This document shows, one piece after another, positions 57,118 through 64,000 of a stretch of DNA of 64,000 bases. This DNA comes from an uncultured Chitinophagales bacterium (GTDB taxonomy: Bacteria > Bacteroidota > Bacteroidia > Chitinophagales > UBA8649): the NCBI GenBank assembly GCA_964655225.1, contig CAZZMB010000005.1, positions 2,919-66,918 on the forward strand, read 5' to 3'. Position numbers and translations under genes: made by a program. The notes beneath the pieces are model-generated. The model saw only the letters and a program-made list of their open reading frames with translations, was not told the DNA's origin and made no database searches. Numbering within the stretch: position 1 is the stretch's first letter; every line of letters starts with the position of its first letter.

Positions 57118-57519
57118 CTAATACACTAACACGGCGGTTTCATTCACACAATTGATTCCAGCTGGTATGATTGCTGATGAACAATCGCTTCTTATATTCC
57201 ACTTGGTGTTGTACGCTAATTCAACTATTCTTAATTGATTGACCTTTTCAAGAAAAAGACTGGTGTCAATAGTGGAAGGATATGCCAGGTAGGACCAAGG
57301 CCCTCCGCATGGCTTACTTCCAATCGGTGTATAAGTCCATGATTGTGCATCAATACACGTTTGTCCTTTGACCAAATCTTCAATTTCGCTGAGCAAATTT
57401 ATAAGTTCTTCCGCTTCTTGTTTTTGACTTAGGGCAGAACCAGAAAGATCTTTATTACATGCTGAAAAACTTACAATAACGACCAATAATAAAAGGAAGG
57501 GTTTTGTTATCCACTTCAT
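57118..57519 (-). CDS. small Cys-containing lipoprotein, unknown function
   Basis: Signal peptide and lipobox (VSFSAC) plus four further Cys residues. It starts 24 nt downstream of the S8 protease gene on the same strand. Confidence 0.5.
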   Translation of the reverse strand: MKWITKPFLLLLVVIVSFSACNKDLSGSALSQKQEAEELINLLSEIEDLVKGQTCIDAQSWTYTPIGSKPCGGPWSYLAYPSTIDTSLFLEKVNQLRIVELAYNTKWNIRSDCSSAIIPAGINCVNETAVLVY

Positions 57520-57543
57520 AGTCTATCTGGTTTGTCAAATTTA

Positions 57544-60500
57544 TTAGTCGATCAGGATTAGCGGCAAAATACGATGCTTTCTAGCCGAGCTGATTTTAAG
57601 GAAGTAAGTACCTTCAGATAAATTTATTGTGGGTAAACTGATGAGTCCCTTATTAAAATTTTCAAACTGCGCGTTCCAAACCAATTGACCGATAGCATCA
57701 AAAATACTAAGCCCCAAATTCGATGATTCCTTTAAGGCTAAATATAAGTTTGTATTTGCCTTACTTGGATTTGGATATAAGTTGACTTCACTAATAACAT
57801 CTAGATCATTCAGACCTACAAAACCTATGCTCGCCGTATCGAATGATAAACAACCAACTCCATCTGAAATGGTTAGGAGGTATTGACCGCCTGACAGGTT
57901 ATCTATAAAGTCTCCTGATAGCGCACCATTATTCCAAGAGAAGGTATACGGAGCTGTTCCACCGCTTGCAACTGCTGTTATACTGCTATTTCCTTGGGTA
58001 GCTGAATTATCAATTACCGTTAGATTACTATTTATGCTATAATCGCTTCCTATGGTGAAACTTGCATTACTTGAGCAAGAGCTTGTGGCATCGCTTATGG
58101 TTACTGAATAATTGCCAGCTGCCAGTCCTGTGATTAGTTCAGTAGATGACCCATTACTCCATTGAATATTATAATTACCACTACCCGCGCTTATATTCAA
58201 ATCGATAGAGCCGTTAGATACTTCGTTGCAACTAGTATTGCTTACTGTTGCATTCTCTTGAGGTAAAGCATTTACGACGATATAAGATGTTTTTGTTTCT
58301 GTATTCGATCCGCTTGGTCCATTGACTGTGTAACTCACGTTGTATACACCTGGAGTATTATAGGCTACTGCAGGAGAAGCAGCTGAAGAGGTACTTGGGC
58401 TTCCTCCTTGGAAAGACCAAGATCGAGAATTAACGACTCCCACACTGTTATCTGAAAAACTAATACTTTCACCTACACAAATTGAAGTAGATGAAGCATT
58501 GAAGTCAGCAACCAGAGATGAGGCAACTCCGGTGATGTTGATGTTGTCCAAATATAGGTTATTCCCGATGGTACCACTGTTGAATCCTTCAAATTTAACT
58601 AAGACTTCATTGCCCGAAAAAGCGGTTAAATCCAAACTGAAGCAATCTGAACCGATTGTACCCATGCACCATTCACCCGAATTGGCAGGTGTAAAGCCAT
58701 TTTCATTTGTTGTTGCTGTAGCAAAAGATCCCGTTGAATTTTCTCCCGTTCCAAATATTCTTTGCCAGCTTCCTCCACAATCAGTGGAAACGTAAACAAT
58801 AAGTGAATCTGTTGTCGTTTGATCAAATCTTCTGTAAGCATGCTCAAAAGTCATGTTAATTGAGGTGTACCCATTAAAATTCAATTTAGGACTAATGAGA
58901 CCGTCTCTTTGAGATGATTGCGCATAATTAAAGAAATCCATTTTTGCTCCGATGCTTCCAGGACTCGTTCCTACAACGTTAACCATTTCCCAGGTCTCTG
59001 CATTGTCAGGGTTACTTAAAGACCAGGTTCCACTGCTTATTGAGTTTGAACTAAAACTTTCTGTAAACGGCAGAGTCTGGCTATTGGATAGCACAGTAAA
59101 GTTTGCTTGACTTTGGTCGTTAGAGGCATTCTGATCTGCATTGCCATTGGGACTAGATGTATTGGCTGTTAGCGTAATAAATCCCGCATTAGCGCTAATG
59201 TTGGGAAGTGTAACAATCTCGGTTTGACCGATAGTTAAATTTCCAATCCAATTGAAACTTTGGTTAGGTCCACCGGTATTATAGATTATTGTAGCTGATA
59301 CAAGGGGATTGTTTCCGAAATTCCTTATTCTGACTTGTGGAGCAAAAGTACCGCTGCAAATCCTGCTTTGTGGGAAAATGATTTCACTTATTCCCGCATC
59401 ATCATTAATATTGGGATTGATGATACAAAAATCATGACTGGTACTGTTACCAAAATCCCCATTGGCTGCCGTCATTTGAAAAAGATTCGCTCCATTTTCA
59501 TCCGTCATAAAGTAATCGCCGTCAACATTACAGTTCCATTGTGAACCATACATGCCGTCACCATATGAGTCGTATATGTTAAAAGTATAGCAACCAATAG
59601 GCAAGCAATACGAATCCGTAATTGTTTCACCGCCTGTTATGTCTGTGTAAGGCCCACCACTCACTACGGTGTTATTTTGATCATCTAGGATTTCCCAAGT
59701 AATTTCAGAGCCGTAACAATCTGTGGTAATACTTAAACTTGCTACTTGACCAGTAGGATCTAAGGTGAATGCTTTACTTTGACTATCATTTGAGGGCAGT
59801 TGATCACCGACTAAATTGGCAGTAGCGGTAAAGGTGAAGCTTCCACTTCCTACAGTGCTTTGTACCGGTAAACTGACTTGGGCACTTTGTCCGGAGGCTA
59901 GGCTACCCGTCCAGTTAAAATTGTTATTAACGGTACCCCAAGTATAGTTGATGGTAAGATTGGTAATCGTATTACTTCCATAGTTTCTTAGCGTTAACTC
60001 TGGCGTAAACGAACTTCCACAAATGGCATTTTCTGGAGATGAAATAGCTGTTATTCCTGCATCAGTTTGCAAGGTAAATGCACTTACACATTGTAAGGCA
60101 GCAAAAGCATTGATTCTTCCTGCCCCCATTTGACCTTGATTGGATGTCACCGGGTCTGCACTTGAATATAGGCAATTGACTAAATCTGTACGACTTGCAT
60201 TGGGCGCATAACTCTTCATTAGACCCAATAATCCTGAAACGTTAGGAGAGGCCATTGATGTACCTTGGTAGCGGTCATAACCGTTATTGGCAACAGTACT
60301 TCTGATTGCAGAACCTGGAGCGGAAATATCTATCCAAGTACCATATTGAGAGAAAGAAGATCGAGAATCATCGGTTGTGGTTGAAGCTACAGAGACCACA
60401 TTATTGTATGCTGCTGGATAAAATTGATTGGTACTGTTATTATTGCCTGCAGCCGCTACTAAAATGGCGCCCTGGTTGTGAGCCGCATCAACAGTATTTT

Positions 60501-61320
60501 GACCGAAATTTGAAGAGCCACCGCCTCCCCAAGACATATTTATAACATCTGCTCCATTGTTAGCAGCCCATGCCAAACCTTCGTAACCTGCGGTTAAGGA
60601 CCCATCTGAACAACGTCCTATTTTTACTGGCATAATACTAACATCGAAACCTATAGAGGCAACTCCTGTACCGTTATTCGTATTGGCACCCACAGTTCCT
60701 GCAACATGCGTTCCATGGTTTCCATCGTTTCCCCCACAAGGGTTGGGGTCTGTACTGTTTTGATCACTCGCATCATTTCCAGCGACGAATTTACCGGTTA
60801 AATCAGGGTGAGTCGTGTTAATCGCATCATCAGTTACCGCTACAACAACAGATGAAAGACCCGTGCTCAAATCCCAAGCTTGTTGAGCTTGCATTTTATA
60901 AAGGTGCCACATACCTGTTCCGTTGGTAGAATTTGCACCAAGATCATTAGGCGTCAAAAACTTGACGTGAAGCTCTTTTTTTTCTGCATACGTTATGAAA
61001 GAATACTTCTCGATATCCTGAATAAAGGCATCGACGAGGTCTCCTTTGTCAAAATTTATTTGAAAGGTATGGTTTAGTTTTGGGTCTGGGTGGTCATACA
61101 ATATTCGAGAGACCTCTGTAACTCCATAAACGTTTCTCATATCTTGGAGGAAGGCAACATCATCGAGATTTACCTCGTGCTTTACTGCTTGGATATTATA
61201 TTTACCTGTAGTGTTTAATTGAAATATTAGCACACCGTCTTGGTACCATTCATATACGTTTTGAGAGAAGGACAAAAAAGCAAAAAAGCAGGTTAAACCT
61301 GTCAGAACGAATTTTTTCAT
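57544..61320 (-). CDS. secreted multidomain S8 (subtilisin-family) peptidase with T9SS C-terminal sorting domain
   Basis: Catalytic triad contexts VAVTDDAI, HGTHVAGTV and GTSMASP. Following domains are two CARDB-like repeats, a DSYGDG-containing domain, a MAM-like domain, a PKD domain, two SprB-type repeats and a C-terminal LYPNPS...GTYFLKI sorting domain. The start is moved to the signal-peptide Met at 61320. Confidence 0.9.
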   Translation of the reverse strand: MKKFVLTGLTCFFAFLSFSQNVYEWYQDGVLIFQLNTTGKYNIQAVKHEVNLDDVAFLQDMRNVYGVTEVSRILYDHPDPKLNHTFQINFDKGDLVDAFIQDIEKYSFITYAEKKELHVKFLTPNDLGANSTNGTGMWHLYKMQAQQAWDLSTGLSSVVVAVTDDAINTTHPDLTGKFVAGNDASDQNSTDPNPCGGNDGNHGTHVAGTVGANTNNGTGVASIGFDVSIMPVKIGRCSDGSLTAGYEGLAWAANNGADVINMSWGGGGSSNFGQNTVDAAHNQGAILVAAAGNNNSTNQFYPAAYNNVVSVASTTTDDSRSSFSQYGTWIDISAPGSAIRSTVANNGYDRYQGTSMASPNVSGLLGLMKSYAPNASRTDLVNCLYSSADPVTSNQGQMGAGRINAFAALQCVSAFTLQTDAGITAISSPENAICGSSFTPELTLRNYGSNTITNLTINYTWGTVNNNFNWTGSLASGQSAQVSLPVQSTVGSGSFTFTATANLVGDQLPSNDSQSKAFTLDPTGQVASLSITTDCYGSEITWEILDDQNNTVVSGGPYTDITGGETITDSYCLPIGCYTFNIYDSYGDGMYGSQWNCNVDGDYFMTDENGANLFQMTAANGDFGNSTSHDFCIINPNINDDAGISEIIFPQSRICSGTFAPQVRIRNFGNNPLVSATIIYNTGGPNQSFNWIGNLTIGQTEIVTLPNISANAGFITLTANTSSPNGNADQNASNDQSQANFTVLSNSQTLPFTESFSSNSISSGTWSLSNPDNAETWEMVNVVGTSPGSIGAKMDFFNYAQSSQRDGLISPKLNFNGYTSINMTFEHAYRRFDQTTTDSLIVYVSTDCGGSWQRIFGTGENSTGSFATATTNENGFTPANSGEWCMGTIGSDCFSLDLTAFSGNEVLVKFEGFNSGTIGNNLYLDNINITGVASSLVADFNASSTSICVGESISFSDNSVGVVNSRSWSFQGGSPSTSSAASPAVAYNTPGVYNVSYTVNGPSGSNTETKTSYIVVNALPQENATVSNTSCNEVSNGSIDLNISAGSGNYNIQWSNGSSTELITGLAAGNYSVTISDATSSCSSNASFTIGSDYSINSNLTVIDNSATQGNSSITAVASGGTAPYTFSWNNGALSGDFIDNLSGGQYLLTISDGVGCLSFDTASIGFVGLNDLDVISEVNLYPNPSKANTNLYLALKESSNLGLSIFDAIGQLVWNAQFENFNKGLISLPTINLSEGTYFLKISSARKHRILPLILID

Positions 61321-61603
61321 AAGATGAGATATATTTTGAGATTTAATGACAATAAATTTAACAAATATTTTGGGTAAAATGTTTAACAAAAAAATAACAT
61401 ATGTAGTTAAAAGGTTTTACGTTGTAATACCTGAAATTGTTACTTAAGTATAAGGAATATTTTAATCGTCAAGCATATACCGAAATTTATATCGTACGCC
61501 TTGTCGATGTCTTTCTAATTTATTCAAAACAAGTTCGAAGTAAAAACAGCTCTCGCTAAAACGAAGCGTCTAGACCAAAGAGCCTTTTAGTAGAGACAAT
61601 CTT

Positions 61604-61810
61604 TTAGAATAAATTCGTAAAAAAAGTTTGAATACTTTCTAAGGCTTCTGGCCCCCAAATGTAGGATATACTGAATATGCCTATCCAACCTAAGCCTTTA
61701 ATAAAGAAAAACATAAAGCCCAAAAAACCAATGCGTTTCCACCAGGGTAGTGGACACTTTTTGACTGCTACTTCGTTTTGGCTTTCAATAGAATGTGAAG
61801 ATTTTTCCAT
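61604..61810 (-). CDS. hypothetical small membrane protein (2 predicted TM helices)
   Basis: ORF only. It lies 35 nt downstream of the P-type ATPase on the same strand and has a hydrophobic core IGFLGFMFFFIKGLGWIGIFSISYIW. Confidence 0.35.
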   Translation of the reverse strand: MEKSSHSIESQNEVAVKKCPLPWWKRIGFLGFMFFFIKGLGWIGIFSISYIWGPEALESIQTFFTNLF

Positions 61811-61845
61811 AATCGATGCAAAACTACAACATTCCTTTTAAACTT

Positions 61846-63918
61846 TTAAACTTTCCGATTTTTCAAAACAAATGCATTGCCAATGACAATTAAGTCAGAA
61901 AAAATCATAAAAAAGGCAGCCCACATCGGATTGATTATTCCAAAAGCAGCGAGTGGAATTGCAACTAAATTGTACGCAAAAGCCCAAAATAAATTTTGCT
62001 TTATGGTTTGGTAAGTCAGCAGAGCAATCTTATGTGCCTTTACGAGTGCATTCATATCATCTCGCATTAATATAACATCAGCCGTTTGCATGGCCATGTG
62101 GGTTGCATCAGCAAAACTAATTCCCACATTAACTTTGGCTAAAGATGGCGCATCATTCACTCCGTCTCCAAGCATGGCAATTTTTTGATTGCCCAGAGCG
62201 GCAATTAATTCTAACTTATCGTTTGGCTTTAACTCTCCAATAACCTGCGTGTTTAGTGTTTTACTTAAGCTTTCACATTTTTGTTTTTTATCTCCACTTA
62301 AGACCAAGCTTTCAACCTTAGCTTGCTTAAAATAAGCCAGCGTATCGGATATGTTTTCTTTTAACTCATCTTCGATGAATAAGGCAGCTATCAATTGCTC
62401 GTTCTTTACCAAGAATAAATCACCCGTGGCGCTTTGCTGCTTGGTGAATTTCGCACTTCCTAGAAAATAGTTATCGCCTTGCAATGAAATTGCGGTCATT
62501 CCTTCCCCTTTAGATTCTTTGATATTAGTAAGATTTTCTGAGTCTGCATAATCTGCATAATAACGCAGTAAAGACTTTGCAATAGGGTGTGAGGACTTTG
62601 CTTCCAAACTTTTGATGATTGCAATGGCTTCTTCTTGTTCAATGGTCCAAGTTTGAAGTTGACTAACCTCAAAATTCCCCGTACTCAGGGTACCTGTTTT
62701 ATCAAAAATTATTTGGTCTAGGCTTGCAAGATTCTCAAAAACATCTGGATTTTTCACGAGAATACCTTCTTTACTCATTTTACCAAGACCCACAATGATA
62801 GCAATTGGTGTAGCCAATCCCATGGCGCAGGGACAAGATATGACTAGTATTGCCACGCTTCTGAGTATCGCTGTTTCTAAAGTGAGGTTTAATGCAAAAA
62901 AATTAAGGCAAAATGCTATGCCCGCAATCAGCAAAACCATAGGAACGAAAATAGAAGAAATACGATCGGCTAATTTTTGTGCTTTTGCTTTTTGACTACT
63001 CGCTTTTTGAACAAGATCGTCGATTTTAGCTTTTGTAGATAAATGTGCATTCTTAAGTACCTCATACTGAATATTGCCATCAATAATATGTGATCCTCCC
63101 AATAGCGTGTCGCCCACTGATTTACTAATCGGGATGGATTCACCTGTTATTAAGGATTCATCAATCAATGCTTTTCCACTTGTTAATATCGAATCAGTAT
63201 GGATCTCATCGCCTAGGTTGCCTTGCACCAAGTCTCCTATTTTTAGGGAGTTTATGCCTATCATTTGAATTTCACCTTCTACTATTTTTTTGGCTAACTC
63301 GAGCTTGTCTTTGGCCAGGCCAGCTATTGAACCCATGGTTTTACTGACGGCGTTAGTTTCTAAGATATCACCGATTAACACCAAGGCAACCAAGACAGCG
63401 CTGGTCTCGAAATATAAGTGTGCACCAATTTTGTACAGCATCAAATACATGCTAAAAATAAAGGCAGTAGTTCCACCTAGAAGAATGAGCACATACATAT
63501 TGGCTGAGCCAGATTTCAGAGAATAATAAGCGCCTTTACCAAATTTATAAAACCCTATAAATAAAGATATTCCTGCAAGCAATGCGTCGAAAAGCGGGGG
63601 CACCTGAATAGGGATGAACATGATTAAAATAAAATAAGCGGCCACAACGAAGCTGAATACAATCAGCAATTTATTTACCCATAACTTTTGATTACCGGTT
63701 TTGGCTAGAGAAAATCCTGCATTTCTTATGGCATCATTTATTGTTTTGTCATCCATACCAGCAGGTCGTTCAAACAAGAGCTCTTTACTTGGGAAGTTAA
63801 CGTGCACTTGCGTAACTCCGGCTTTTTTGATAGTCCGTTCTAAATTGAGCGCGCAATTGATGCATGTCATGCCATCAATTTTCAAAGACTCTGTTTTTAT
63901 GGGGCTATTTGTTGGCAT
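61846..63918 (-). CDS. heavy-metal (Cu+-type) translocating P1B-type ATPase
   Basis: N-terminal HMA motif GMTCINCA, TM6 CPC motif (SCPCAMGLATP), DKTGTLS phosphorylation site, SHPIAKS (HP motif) and GDGVNDAP hinge. Confidence 0.9.
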   Translation of the reverse strand: MPTNSPIKTESLKIDGMTCINCALNLERTIKKAGVTQVHVNFPSKELLFERPAGMDDKTINDAIRNAGFSLAKTGNQKLWVNKLLIVFSFVVAAYFILIMFIPIQVPPLFDALLAGISLFIGFYKFGKGAYYSLKSGSANMYVLILLGGTTAFIFSMYLMLYKIGAHLYFETSAVLVALVLIGDILETNAVSKTMGSIAGLAKDKLELAKKIVEGEIQMIGINSLKIGDLVQGNLGDEIHTDSILTSGKALIDESLITGESIPISKSVGDTLLGGSHIIDGNIQYEVLKNAHLSTKAKIDDLVQKASSQKAKAQKLADRISSIFVPMVLLIAGIAFCLNFFALNLTLETAILRSVAILVISCPCAMGLATPIAIIVGLGKMSKEGILVKNPDVFENLASLDQIIFDKTGTLSTGNFEVSQLQTWTIEQEEAIAIIKSLEAKSSHPIAKSLLRYYADYADSENLTNIKESKGEGMTAISLQGDNYFLGSAKFTKQQSATGDLFLVKNEQLIAALFIEDELKENISDTLAYFKQAKVESLVLSGDKKQKCESLSKTLNTQVIGELKPNDKLELIAALGNQKIAMLGDGVNDAPSLAKVNVGISFADATHMAMQTADVILMRDDMNALVKAHKIALLTYQTIKQNLFWAFAYNLVAIPLAAFGIINPMWAAFFMIFSDLIVIGNAFVLKNRKV

Positions 63919-64000
63919 ATTTTATAAATCAAGCCTTAATAACTTGGCTTTGTTAATTTGTTTAAGCATTTTTGTGCTTGATTCGTTCACAAAAATAAGA

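Noticed and set aside
1-64000. Search for CRISPR arrays, tRNA/rRNA genes, transposases, integrases, toxin-antitoxin pairs or known defence-system genes
   Set aside because: None were found by eye. There are no regularly spaced direct repeats, no cloverleaf-like sequences in the intergenic spacers and no DDE or tyrosine-recombinase motifs. The window looks like stable core chromosome, apart from the carotenoid region and a few orphan genes.

Overview
This is a low-GC, gene-dense chromosomal segment that looks Bacteroidota-like. The evidence is a T9SS C-terminal sorting domain, SprB and PKD repeats, TAnnTTTG-type -7 promoter boxes, a type-A RNase P RNA, and many 1- or 4-nt stop/start overlaps. 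I could not place it more finely. I support about 57 protein genes and one ncRNA (rnpB, minus strand, about 30203-30572). I saw no rRNA, tRNA, CRISPR array, transposase, integrase or prophage signature.

Most of the window is housekeeping: rnhA, typA, csp, thyA, clpC, rnz, mutS, pyrR-pyrB, ribBA, cinA, phhA and fumarylacetoacetase. It also holds a small surface-polysaccharide block (flippase, Wzz-like protein, O-antigen-ligase-like protein), a TonB-dependent receptor, a lipid-related block, a very large secreted S8 protease and a Cu-type P-type ATPase.

The clearly accessory part is a split carotenoid supercluster at about 39.3-52.2 kb:
- A tightly overlapped plus-strand array: GT4-GT2-ribBA-crtD-like-cruF-like-CarH/LitR-like B12 photoreceptor.
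- An ECF sigma factor translationally coupled to crtI-crtB, behind an intergenic region full of TGTTTAA/TTAAACA repeats.
- A convergent, translationally coupled minus-strand operon: Rieske oxygenase, PDS/CrtU-like flavoprotein and fused lycopene cyclase.

I rate the Rieske + CrtU-like pair, the glycosyltransferase linkage and the LitR/ECF-sigma wiring as the best candidates for undescribed biology. They could encode a light-controlled, ring-modified and possibly aromatic carotenoid glycoside pathway.

Secondary items:
- a eukaryote-type ERG4/ERG24 sterol-reductase homologue;
- an orphan sulfotransferase with eukaryote-like PAPS motifs;
- a PI-PLC-like lipoprotein;
- a stand-alone WYL protein;
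- a terminator-like hairpin in the 5' region of an acyl-CoA dehydrogenase gene.

All functional calls come from motifs read by eye in the translations. No database search was run.
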